DNA of 64,000 bases, taken from Thermoanaerobaculia bacterium (GTDB taxonomy: Bacteria; Acidobacteriota; Thermoanaerobaculia; Multivoradales; Multivoraceae). Under the pieces are notes generated by a model, which did no database searches, was not told where the DNA came from, and saw only the letters and a list, made by a program, of their open reading frames with translations. Position 1 is the stretch's first letter; each line of letters starts with the position of its first letter. Position numbers and translations under genes: made by a program. Shown in pieces: positions 29,571-40,149 of this stretch. Where the stretch lies: the NCBI GenBank assembly GCA_963664405.1, contig OY761158.1, forward strand, positions 576,001 through 640,000, written 5' to 3'.

Positions 29571-29828
29571 GCGGTCGGGCTGACCGGAATGGCATTAACA
29601 TCTTCATATAACGTGCGTGGCCAACGGTTAAGCATTGCTTTCCCGCCGCAGCTGCCAACGTGTGACAGCTACGAAATCATTGGGGGTTTCGCCCGCCGAA
29701 GTCTTGCAGCATTGAAGTCACAGCATGACGTAACCGTTGTCGTGATTGGTTTTACGAAGATGTTAATGCCATTCAGGGCTGACCGCAGCGAAGCCCCCGT
29801 CGTCTGCAATTCCATGACCGGTTGAACC

Positions 29829-32800
29829 ATGATGATTGACGAGTCGGCGTTCTCGGCGTATTTGGACTGCCCATATAAGGCCTTTCTTACATTGCAACAA
29901 CTGACTGGCCCACAGCGCGAATTTCAGAAACTGCGGTCGAGGCTCCACGAGAAACTCCTGTCCCGTGTCGAATCAGAGATCCTTCGGGTAATAACGCCAC
30001 GTACTCTGTCGAGAAAGTCTCGGACGACAGTTTCAGATCTAAGACGAGGATCGCCCCTCATCCTCAACACCGTACTGTCCAGCTCTCAGTTTTCTTGTCG
30101 AGTTGCCGCGCTCCAACGCATAGATGGTCCATCCTCGTTAGGATCCTTCCTTTACACACCAATCCTTTTTCACGAGGATGCGGCGATTACGTCATCTCAG
30201 AAACTTCTTCTAGCATTTGCTGCGAATGTATTGGGCCGGGTTCAAGGATACGAACCGTCGGTTGGGCACATTGTTTCAGGAACGTCATGTACGCTGAAGA
30301 AGGTTTCCCTGAAGGCACTATCCCAACAGGTTGAAGATATCATTAACGAACTCCAGCGGTACTCTTCCCAGATATCGGAACCTCGACAACTCCTAAACTC
30401 GCATTGTCATATTTGCCAGCACCATGACCGATGCGAGTCTGACGCACAGCAAATCGACCATCTAAGCAGGCTCAATCGAATAAGCGCGAGTGAAATCGAC
30501 AAGTTGAATGCCAAGGGGATATTCACCGTTCATCAGTTGTCCCACACGTTTCGGCCACGGAAGCGTCCGAAGCGGCAAGGTGGACGCGACTACATCCCAT
30601 ACCACCATTCGCTGAGAGCCCTCGCGATTCGCGAGCAGAAGATCCACGTCTTTCAGCGTCCACCAAGCGTCTCTGCTACGACTCGCGCCTACATTGACAT
30701 GGAAGGCGACCATGCCGCGCGGCACGTTTACCTAATCGGCCTCTTCCTTATCCGAAATGGGCGCCAACAGTACACGTCGTTCTGGGCCGAGAATCGAGAC
30801 GACGAAGAACGCATCTTCCACGCACTGTTCGACAGACTATCGCGGCTAGACGACTGCCATTTGTTCCACTATGGAAGCTATGACGGGCGTGCGCTAAAGC
30901 GCATGGTTCACTTGGCTCCAACGGAGAGTGTGAAGGAGCTAGTCACGAAGAACACTACCAATGTCCTCACAAACATCTATGCGCAGGTGTATTTCCCGAC
31001 ATACGGCAATCGACTGAAGGACGTTGCTGCGTTCCTCGGGTTTGAGTGGACCTACCCAGATTATTCTGGCATGGAAGCGATCTTGTGGCGACACCTGTGG
31101 GATCTCAGCCACTCCGCACAAATAAAGGCCCTGCTGACCAAATACAACCGTGACGACTGCATGGCATTGAGGCTCGTGCATGAGGCGATCGAAGAAATCG
31201 CGACTGACTCACATGAACCGGTCGCTTGCGTGTCCTCGGAGTCAAATCCGCTGAAAGAGCCGATTGTATCCACAGAATCCCTCATGCACTCATCTGACTA
31301 TAAAGATTGGGGACGAAGGGAGTTTGCGCGAGAAGAGTTTCGTCTTGTGGCCGACAGCGCCTACTTCGACTACCAACGAAACAGAGTCTACGTCCGCACG
31401 AACACAAAGGTGAGACGATATCAGCGACGGTCAAAGAAGCGGAGTGAGAAGGTCACGACTCGCCCGAACAAGATCATTGATTACACTGTCGCAGTGTGTC
31501 CGCGATGCAAGTCCGACCCTCTCTGCCAAGATGCTTGAGACATCTCGCCACCGCTTAAATAGAGTAGGGCGGAGAGGTGAAACCTGATGTCTGAAGAGAG
31601 GAAGATGCAAGAGATGAGATCAGCAGGCACGTCCATTGCGGTCCGGGGCGAGGAGGAGGTTTCCCAGCTTCCCCCGTGCGCCCAGATGGGGTCCGCGGAG
31701 GCGCCGACGGGCGAGCGTAGCGAGCACGGAGACGCAGCAGCGGGCGCCATCTGGGCGCGGCCGAGCCCTGTGTTGGATCCTGAGGTGGTCGCCAAGCCAA
31801 CGCGGCGAACCTTCACGGCCGAGTACAAGCTGCGAATCCTCGAGGAAGTCGAAGTGGCCACGCCTGGCGACATCGGCGCGATCCTGCGTCGCGAGGGATT
31901 GTACAGCTCACACCTGACGGCCTGGCGCAGGGCACGCAGGACCGGCGCTCTGCGAAGGCTGGGCCGAAGGCGAGGGCGCAAGGCGAAGTCCGGCAATCCG
32001 CTGGCCAAGAAGGTCGAGCAACTGGAAAAGGAGCTATCCCGTACTCGCGAGGCGCTGCGCAAGGCAGAGCTGATCCTCGAAGTGCAGGGAAAAGTTGCCG
32101 GGCTGCTGGGCTTCAACCTCGAGGACGGGAGGAGCTCCTGATCGCCGCCGCCGAATTGGCGCTGCAGGTCGGCGTCAAGCCGTCCTGTATCGCTCTCGGC
32201 GTGGCACGGGCGACCCTGTACCGTCGTCGGAAGCCAACTACCGGGCCGCAGCCCCGGCCAACACCCGCCCGGGCTCTGAGCGAGGACGAGTGCCAAGCCG
32301 TCCTGGACGTCCTGGACTCGCCTCGTTTCGTCGATCGTGCCCCCGCCGAGGTCGTCGCCACGCTCCTGGACGAGCAACGCTACCTCTGCTCGGAGAGGAC
32401 CATGTACCGCATCCTCGCTGCGCGAGCTCCGGTGCGCGAGCGGCGCAACCAGCTTCGCCACCCCGATTACACCAAGCCGGAGCTGGTGGCGGTCGCCCCC
32501 AACCAAGTCTGGTCCTGGGATATCACCCGATTGCGGGGTCCTGAGAAGTGGAGCTACTACTACCTCTACGTCCTGCTCGACATCTTCAGCCGCTACGTCG
32601 TCGGCTGGATGCTCGCTCCCCGCGAGAACGCCAATCTCGCCGGTCGCCTCATCGAGGAGACGTGCTGCAAGCACGATGTCAAACCCGAGGTCCTCACTCT
32701 GCACAGCGATCGGGGCTCCCCGATGACCGCCAAGTGCACGGCTCAGCTGCTCGCCGATCTGGGACTCACTCAGTCGCTCAGCCGGCCCCAGGTCTGTGAC

Positions 32801-34242
32801 GACAATCCCTTTTCCGAGGCCCAGTTCAAGACCCTCAAGTACCACCCGAGCTTCCCCTCCCGATTCGCCAGCCAGGAGGCCGCCCAGGCTTTCTGCAGGA
32901 CCTTCTTCCCTTGGTACAACACCGAGCACCGCCACGGTGGGATCGCCCACCTGACGCCGCACGGCGTCCACCACGGTCGAGCGGAGCAGGACCTTGCCGC
33001 ACGGCAAGTCACGCTCGATGCCGCCTTCCAAACTCACCCAGAACGCTTCCTCCGAGGGCGACCCATCGTCTCGCCTTTACCTGGAACCGTATACATCAAC
33101 CGGCCTGAGGATCCGCAGGTCTCGACCGAAGAGGACCTTCACTAATTTATGACTCGAGGTGTCTCAAAGTTCTTGACAGGTTCCGCGATGATCTTGTGCT
33201 CGACTATCAAGAGGGCAAGGAAAAGTACGCCTATGATCTTCGGTTCTCGCGGGGTGGGATTCGCAGATGGGTAACCAAAAGGCGAATGCCTCGCCATCAG
33301 TGCAAGTCGTGCAATCATGCATTTATACCGGTCGAACCGAAGTCTCAACAGCGCCTCGGCCACAACCTGCTCGCTTGGGCCATGCACCAGCATGTCATCA
33401 ACCGAACTTCCCTCGCGAACCTGACGATGACCGCACGTGAGTGTTTTGGCTTGGAACTCGGAGAATGGGACTTCCAGAGGCTGAAGTCAATGGCCGGGAA
33501 GTACTATCAAGAAACGTATGACAAGTTACTGAGTGAGCTGGTGGCGGGGCCTCTGCTTCATATCGACGAGACGAGTGTTTGGTTAAGAGGCCATGTCACC
33601 GGCTACGTGTGGGTATTCACAAGCATGGAGTCGGTCGTGTTCATGTACCGGTCTACGCGGGAAGGCGATTTTCTACACGACCTCTTGCGGACGTTCACGG
33701 GCGTAATGGTGACGGACTTCTATACGGCGTATGACTCGATACAGTGCCCACAGCAAAAATGCCTAGTGCACCTGATGTGGGATATCAATCGGGCGCTGCT
33801 TAAGCATCCGTTTGACGAGGAACTGAACGAACTTGGCAGGACGTTTGGGACTCTCATGCGAGATGTCGTCGGCACAATCGATCGATTTGGTTTGAAGGAC
33901 CGGTATCTGAGAAAGCATCGAGAGCAAGCGTCGACATGGCTTCGCGGACTGCGAGGGAGTCCGTGGAAATCGGTCATCGCGGAGAAGTTTCGTAAGAGGA
34001 TTGTCAAGTACGACGATCGTCTATTCACTTTCCTCGACTACGATGGCGTACCTTGGAATAACAACAACGCTGAGAATGCAATTAAGCCGTTTGCGAAGTA
34101 CAGAAGACTGGTTCGGGGACGGATAACCGAGCCTGGACTTCGCGACTATTTGGTGCTGCTGAGTATTGCCCACACATGCAAATACCGTAGCGTCTCACTG
34201 CTTGACTTTCTCTTGTCCGGGGCTCAGGAGATTCCTGATTGA
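29829..34242 (+). pseudogene. TM0106 RecB-like nuclease / IS66-family transposase fusion, split by IS3
   Basis: N-part: YLDCPYK, HCHICQHHDRC, YIDMEG, FHYGSYD, LKDVAAFLGFEW, YNRDDC. C-part: LHIDET, GYVWVF, VMVTDFYTAYD, QKCLVHL, VPWNNNNAENAIK. Lower GC than flanks. Confidence 0.85.
31516..33185 (+). mobile_element. IS3-family element (orfA 31587-32141, orfB ~32138-33145)
   Basis: RRTFTAEYKLRIL; PNQVWSWDIT, HSDRGSPM, DNPFSEAQFKTLKY; G-GGA-AAA slippery site at 32087; imperfect IRs; 2-bp CG duplication; removal restores the host frame (KS|DDLV). Confidence 0.88.
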
Positions 34243-35456
34243 GCGGGCTCCGCCGGGGATCCTCCACTCTTAACTGTAATCGCGACTCTGGCACCCTCGC
34301 TGCCGGATATGCGCTCGGCAACCAGGGAGTCGAGAGGGCGCCGGTAGAGGCTGGTCTCGGCTCCCTCGCGACGGACGAAGACCACCATCCGACCGTCCGG
34401 AGAGAGCGCGAAGGGCTGATCCGGAGCTGCCTCGAGGTCGAGAGCCGTGACCGTCCAGGTGTCGCCCGAGGCAGCGTCGCTCGCCGCATCGCCTCCATCT
34501 CGGAACAGGACGAAGCCCAAGACAAGACCGACCACCACGGCGAGGGCGAGGACGAGGACCGCCAACACCGGTCGCCTGGTAGGCACCGTCTCGGTCTCGG
34601 GCTTATCGGTAAGGGCCTCGAGTTCGAGGGCCAGGTCGTGGGCGTGCCAGCGCCGCTCGGGAGCCTTCTCGAGGCAGCGACTCACCAGCCAGTCGAGGCG
34701 ATCGGGAGCGACTGGCCGCCGCTCCCGTAACGGCTCCGGCTCGCTGGTCATGATCGCGGCCATGAGCCTCACCTGGGATTCCCCGGCAAAGGGTCGCGCT
34801 CCGGTCACCATCTCGTAGAGGACAGCACCCAGCCCCCAGATGTCCGAGCGCTCGTCGGCCTCCTTGCCTTCGAGCTGCTCAGGGGCCATGTACTGGAGCG
34901 TCCCCAGGATCGAGCCTTCGCCGGTCAGGGGCTGCGTGACGGTCGGGGTCTGTGTATCCCCCACGGCCAGCCCGGAGTGAACCACGCCCTTGGCGAGGCC
35001 GAAGTCCAGAACCTTGGCTCCGTCTCGGGTCAGCATGACATTGCCAGGTTTGAGGTCCCGGTGGATCACTCCGTGACGATGGGCGGCATCGATGGCCTCG
35101 GCGATCTCCGAACCGATCGTCGCCACCTCCTCTAGGGGCAGGGCGCCGCGTCGAAGCCGGTCCTCGAGAGTTTCGCCCTCCAGGTACTCCATGACCAGGT
35201 AATCGACACCGTCTTCGCTGCCAATGTCGTGGAGGGTACAGATGTTGGGATGGCTCAGCTGCGAGAGGCTCTTCGCTTCACGCTCCAGCCGCTGGCGGTA
35301 GAGCGTGTCCTGCCCGAGCTCCTCAGGCAGTACCTTGATCGCGACATCCCGCTCCAGGCGTGTGTCACGACCCAGGTACACCTCTCCCATGCCGCCCTTT
35401 CCGCGCAGCTCGACGATCTCGTAGGGACCGAGGCGGGAGCCTGGTTCTAGAGCCAT
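34224..35456 (-). pseudogene. Ser/Thr protein kinase, C-terminally truncated paralog
   Basis: GKGGMGEVY, HRDLKPGN, DFGLAK, YMAPEQ, TM; similarity to the full copy ends near 34280. Confidence 0.85.
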
Positions 35457-35609
35457 GACTTGGCGACATCTTACCCGTCGCCCGGTGGAATCAGCGGCTC
35501 GGAGCTCGATCTGTGCTGTCGCACCTCACCCGGAAGTGCGACACCGCCCCGATTTCGGGGCCTATCGACTTTCAGCTATGCCTGTCGCACTCCGCCAGCA
35601 AAGGCGACA
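35457..35609. repeat. Full junction module (39-bp spacer type)
   Basis: TGTCGCA-cctCACCcggaag-TGCGACA (35517-35543) + TGTCGCA-ctcCGCCagcaaa-GGCGACA (35583-35609); TAAGAT on - strand 11 nt before kinase ATG. Confidence 0.9.
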
Positions 35610-35619
35610 AGGCCCGCGC

Positions 35620-38286
35620 TCACGAGCCCCCATCGGAGAACATCTCGAGCACCTTGGCCCGCCAGTTCTGGATGAAGACTCGACGCTCCTCCTCGTCCTC
35701 TGCCGCCTGGATCATGAGGAAGCGACCGTCGGGGTGGATATCGTAGTTCTGGAAGCGGGTGGCCACGCGCAGGTACTCATCCACGAAGAGTGGCTCGGGA
35801 CGGCGGGTGACGAGACGCTCGCCGGTGATCTCGACCGGGAGCGTCATCATGTGGGTCGGGCTGCGATAGAGGATCTCCCGGCCTTCGGGGGAGAAGCTCG
35901 CCTCCTCGCCGCCGTCGAAGGTGAGCTGGCGCGGCTCGCCGGGACCGGGGAAGGGCCGAATCCAGACGTTCGCTTGTCCCTCAACGCGCACCGAGTAGGC
36001 GATCCAACGTCCGGCGGGGTGGAAGCGGGCGGCGTGGACCTGCTTCCCCTCGAGGAGGGTTTCGGACTCCCCGCTCTGCCGGTCGAAGACCCAGAGCCCG
36101 TTGACATCGAGGAGGCCCGTGTAGAGCAGGTAGCGCCCGTCCGGGGAGAAGTCGAGCGGGAGTTGGTTGTGCTCCGACGGTACGAGACGCTCCGCAGAGG
36201 ACCTGCGATCGGCGGGCTGGATGTAGATCTGCCGGCGTCCCTCGAAGCGATCCGACGCGAAGACGATCTCCCGTCCGTCGGGGGGCACCCACATCGCGCC
36301 AGTGTTGCGATTCCCCTCCTGGGTCGGGCGGGTCCAGGAGCCGGTCCCGAGGTCGAGCATCCACTGCTCATTATTCCCCCTGGCGTTGCGGGCTGCCACC
36401 GAGATCCGGCGCCAGTCCAGGGAATGTCGCGGCCTCGAGAAAGGCTTGCGCTCTGGCGCCACCTCCTCGATGTCCAGGCCGTCCCGACTCACCCAGACCA
36501 GGCGGTCCCCATTCCGACTCCCGAGGACGTAGAGCAGGTCGCCCGAGTCGGCGAGCGCGAAGCGGCCGCCGGCACCGACGCTGCCGGGGGACGGGGCCAC
36601 CCCGGTCTCGACCTGACGCGCTGGGCCGAGGAGGTCGGCGGTCTCGGGATCGATCGGCACCGCCCACAGTCCGCCTTCGCGATAGAAGACCAAAACCCCC
36701 GGATTGAGATAGCGCGGCTGCGTCCCAGGGAGGAGAACCCGTTCCTTGCCGGTCTCGAGGTCCACCGCCAGCACATCGCGCCCGAAGCCGTCCTGACGCT
36801 CGGATCTCGATTGGGTCAGGGCGATCCGTTCACCAGGCAGAAGCGCTGCCCCGTCGCCATGTCGTCCCACCTGCTCGGGGACACCCCCACCCGCCGGAAT
36901 CCGCCATAGCTCGCGAGACGTGGCGCTGCCTATCTCAGGCGTGTAGTAGAGGAAGCCGTCGCGCCCCCAGACAGCGGCTGCGCGGATCCGGATCCCTTCC
37001 ACCAGAGCGCTGGCGCCGCCTCCACCCTCCACGCGAAGCGTCTTCAGACTGCCCCCGGCGTCCACGAAGGCAAGCTGTTTGCCGTCGGGCGAGAAGATCG
37101 GGCTGCGGGCACCGTCGCTGCCGGAGATGCGCTCGACGACCAGGGAGCCGAGAGAGCGCCGGTAGAGGCTGGTCTCGGCTCCCTCGCGACGACGGAAAAC
37201 CACCATCCGACCGTCCGGAGAGAGCACTGCGGGCTCATCCGGAGCTGCCTCGAGGTCGAGAGCCGTGACCGTCCAGGTGTCGTCGGAGGCAGCGTCGCTC
37301 GCCGCATCGCCTCCATCTCGGAACAGGACGAAGCCCAAGACAAGACCGACCACCAGGGCAAGGAGGCCGAAGGCACCGGCGAGGACCGCCGATACCTGAC
37401 GCTTGGCAGGCGCCGTCTCGGTCTCGGGCCTATCGGTAAGGGCCTCGAGCTCCAGGGCCAGGTCGTGGGCGGAATGCCAGCGACGCTCGGGGGCCTTCTC
37501 GAGACAGCGGCTCACCAGCCAGTCGAGGCGGTCGGGAGCCACTGGCCGCCGCTCCCGTAACGGCTCCGGCTCGCTGGTCATGATGGCCGCCATGAGCCTC
37601 ACCTGGGATTCCCCGGCAAAGGGTCGCGCTCCGGTCACCATCTCGTAGAGGACCGCACCCAGACCCCAGATGTCCGAGCGCTCGTCGGCCTCTTTGCCTT
37701 CGAGCTGCTCCGGGGCCATGTATTGAAGGGTCCCCAGGATCGAGCCTTCGCCGGTCAGGGGCTGCGTGACGGTCGGGGTCTGTGTATCCCCCACGGCCAG
37801 TCCGGCGTGAACCACGCCCTTGGCGAGGCCGAAGTCCAGGACCTTGGCTCCGTCTCGGGTCAGCATGACGTTGCCGGGCTTGAGATCGCGGTGGACTACT
37901 CCGTGACGATGGGCGGCATCGATGGCCTCGGCGATCTGCGATCCGATCGCCGCCACCTCATCCAGCGGCAGGGCGCCGCGTCGAAGCCGACCCTCGAGGG
38001 TCTCGCCCTCCAGGTACTCCATGACCAAAAAGTCGACACCGTCTTCGCTGCCAATGTCGTGGAGGGTACAGATGTGGGGATGGCTCAGCTGCGAGAGGCT
38101 CTTCGCTTCACGCTCGAGCCGCTGGCGGTAGAGCGTGTCCTGCCCGAGCTCCTCAGGCAGCACCTTGATCGCTACATCCCGCTCCAGGCGTGTGTCGCGG
38201 CCCAGGTACACCTCTCCCATGCCGCCCTTGCCGCGCAGCTCGACGATCTCGTACGGACCGAGGCGGGAGCCTGGTTCTAGAGCCAT
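35620..38286 (-). CDS. Ser/Thr protein kinase with TM and TolB/PD40 beta-propeller
   Basis: Hanks kinase motifs; repeated SPDG/FSPEG blades; YDIHPDGRFLM. Confidence 0.92.
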   Translation of the reverse strand: MALEPGSRLGPYEIVELRGKGGMGEVYLGRDTRLERDVAIKVLPEELGQDTLYRQRLEREAKSLSQLSHPHICTLHDIGSEDGVDFLVMEYLEGETLEGRLRRGALPLDEVAAIGSQIAEAIDAAHRHGVVHRDLKPGNVMLTRDGAKVLDFGLAKGVVHAGLAVGDTQTPTVTQPLTGEGSILGTLQYMAPEQLEGKEADERSDIWGLGAVLYEMVTGARPFAGESQVRLMAAIMTSEPEPLRERRPVAPDRLDWLVSRCLEKAPERRWHSAHDLALELEALTDRPETETAPAKRQVSAVLAGAFGLLALVVGLVLGFVLFRDGGDAASDAASDDTWTVTALDLEAAPDEPAVLSPDGRMVVFRRREGAETSLYRRSLGSLVVERISGSDGARSPIFSPDGKQLAFVDAGGSLKTLRVEGGGGASALVEGIRIRAAAVWGRDGFLYYTPEIGSATSRELWRIPAGGGVPEQVGRHGDGAALLPGERIALTQSRSERQDGFGRDVLAVDLETGKERVLLPGTQPRYLNPGVLVFYREGGLWAVPIDPETADLLGPARQVETGVAPSPGSVGAGGRFALADSGDLLYVLGSRNGDRLVWVSRDGLDIEEVAPERKPFSRPRHSLDWRRISVAARNARGNNEQWMLDLGTGSWTRPTQEGNRNTGAMWVPPDGREIVFASDRFEGRRQIYIQPADRRSSAERLVPSEHNQLPLDFSPDGRYLLYTGLLDVNGLWVFDRQSGESETLLEGKQVHAARFHPAGRWIAYSVRVEGQANVWIRPFPGPGEPRQLTFDGGEEASFSPEGREILYRSPTHMMTLPVEITGERLVTRRPEPLFVDEYLRVATRFQNYDIHPDGRFLMIQAAEDEEERRVFIQNWRAKVLEMFSDGGS

Positions 38287-38428
38287 GAGTTGGCGACATC
38301 TTACAGTCGCCCGGTGGATCAGCGGCTCAGAGCTCGATCTGTGCTGTCGCAGAGCACCCAAAAGTGCGACAGCGGGAGGCTTATTCGCTTCGAGCTATTC
38401 TTGTCGTGGTCCGCCCCCAAATGCGACA
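38287..38428. repeat. Full junction module (30-bp spacer type)
   Basis: TGTCGCA-gagCACCcaaaag-TGCGACA (38345-38371) + TGTCGTG-gtcCGCCcccaaa-TGCGACA (38402-38428). Confidence 0.9.
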
Positions 38429-38458
38429 GTCTCGTCCGACTTGCGCCGCGCCGGCTCT

Positions 38459-39110
38459 TCAGGCTCTGGCAAGCAGAGCTTCCGTAAGGCCGACGTGTCT
38501 GGGCATCCCGATCTGCTCGTAAATGGTGAGCGCCTCTTCCAGGAGCCGATGCGCCCGAGCCGTGTCGTCGGGGGCGGCACGTTCGAGGAGCATATCCGCG
38601 TACCAACGACGGGCGTCCGCCTGCTCACTCTTGAAAGGGATTCTCTCGGCCTGGTCGAGAGCCTCTCGGAAGTGCTCTTCAGCGCGATCCCAATCGCCGA
38701 GGCAGGAGGCCCCGATGCCGGCAGTCGTCTGCAGGAGCCGCGGAACGTTAGGCGGGATGAGCGTGCCGGTATCGATGGCTCTCTCGAGCATCGGGTAGAG
38801 CTCAGCGGCCCGGTCCCGCTCTCCCATGATGGCGAGCGCCTCTGTAGCGCCCAGTAGAATGGACCAAGCACCGTTGGCGTTCGGGCCGGAGCCTCGAGGA
38901 AGGGCGTCTTCCGAGTCAACGAGGGCGAGCACCTCGCTTCGTCGACCGAGATAGCCGGAGACGAGGAGCAACGAGGACGTGGTGACGCCGTAGAGCGCCC
39001 CGACCGGCTCTCCTCTCACGGCTTCTTCCAAAAGGTCGTACGCCGCCTTCCAGTCGCCTCTCCAGAACGCAGCCAAACCACGCCACCCTCGCGCGAACGA
39101 ATGCCAAGGC
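38459..39110 (-). pseudogene. TPR-like C-terminal fragment of a signalling protein, truncated at IS91 copy 2
   Basis: WDRAEEHFREALDQAE, ARAHRLLEEALTIYEQIGMPRH. Confidence 0.65.
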
Positions 39111-39270
39111 TTGAACGAAGGCCGCTGCGCGGCAGTTCCGGACGATGAGTCGAAGATCGTGGTCGTAGCGCCGGGCGTGAGCAGGGCCGAGAGTTAGCCA
39201 CGGTCGAGGAAAGTCTCCATCCTCTTGGTTTGGCGTCAATGCCGACGCCTGCAACGAGGAGGACCCTGTC

Positions 39271-40131
39271 ATGGGTGCACTGAGAGATCGGATGGAGACG
39301 GACATGAAGCTGCACGACTTTCGACCGGCGACCCAATCGCAGTACTTGCACTGCGTGCGCCGGCTGGCGAAGCACTACGGGCGCTCGCCCGATAAGCTGT
39401 GCGAAGAGGAGGTGCGCAGTTTCCTGCTCTACCTCCGCGAGGACCGTGCTTTGAGCTCGGCGAGTATCAGCACCTACACGGCGGCGCTGAAGTTCTTCTA
39501 CGGGATCACCCTTCACCGCGAGGAGATGGTGCCCTCGTTAGGCGCGCCGAAGGTGCGCACGCAGCTTCCGGTCATCCTCTCGGGCACCGAGGTCGCGGCG
39601 GTGCTTGGCGCGATCCGCTCGCACGAGCTGCGTACGTTGGCCACGGTTCTGTACGCTTCGGGCCTGCGCATCAGCGAAGCGTGCGCGCTGGAGGTGTCAG
39701 ACATCGACTCCGAGCGCATGCTGATCCATGTGCGCGACGGTAAGGGCGGCCGCGACCGCTTCGCCCTTCTCAGCCCGCAGCTGCTCAAGGTGCTGCGTCG
39801 ATACTTCCGCAAAGAGCGCCCCGAGCCGCCCTATCTGTTTCCCGCTCCGCGCTCCGGCAAGACGTTGCGCCCCGACACGGTGCGTAAGAGCCTGCATCGG
39901 GCGGCTTTGCGCTGCGGGATTGTCAAGCGTGTGACCCCACACCTGCTGCGTCACTGCTTTGGCGCCCACATGCTGGAACTGGGCACTGATATCCGTGTGC
40001 TGCAGGCGCTGTTGGGTCACCGCTCGATCCGCACGACCCAGCTGTACGTACAGGTCTCCACCCAGCTGATCGCGCGCACCCCAAGCCCGTTGGACCTGCT
40101 CGGCACTCCCGCGGGCAAGGTCCTCGGATAA
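39271..40131 (+). CDS. Site-specific tyrosine recombinase/integrase
   Basis: One amino acid different (E/K) from 21007..21867. Confidence 0.95.
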   Translation: MGALRDRMETDMKLHDFRPATQSQYLHCVRRLAKHYGRSPDKLCEEEVRSFLLYLREDRALSSASISTYTAALKFFYGITLHREEMVPSLGAPKVRTQLPVILSGTEVAAVLGAIRSHELRTLATVLYASGLRISEACALEVSDIDSERMLIHVRDGKGGRDRFALLSPQLLKVLRRYFRKERPEPPYLFPAPRSGKTLRPDTVRKSLHRAALRCGIVKRVTPHLLRHCFGAHMLELGTDIRVLQALLGHRSIRTTQLYVQVSTQLIARTPSPLDLLGTPAGKVLG

Positions 40132-40149
40132 CCGCGCGCTACAGCAACC

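Noticed and set aside
31481-33037. 518-aa minus-strand ORF (also 35455-36909, 43731-45023, 18228-19406)
   Set aside because: Antisense shadows of real genes in high-GC DNA; no recognisable motifs.
34224-38286. Diversity-generating retroelement template/variable repeat pair
   Set aside because: Differences between the kinase copies are not adenine-specific and no reverse transcriptase is present.
23467-38428. Xer/pdif modules
   Set aside because: No XerD-type TTATGTTAAAT arm; geometry is 7-13-7 and GC-rich.
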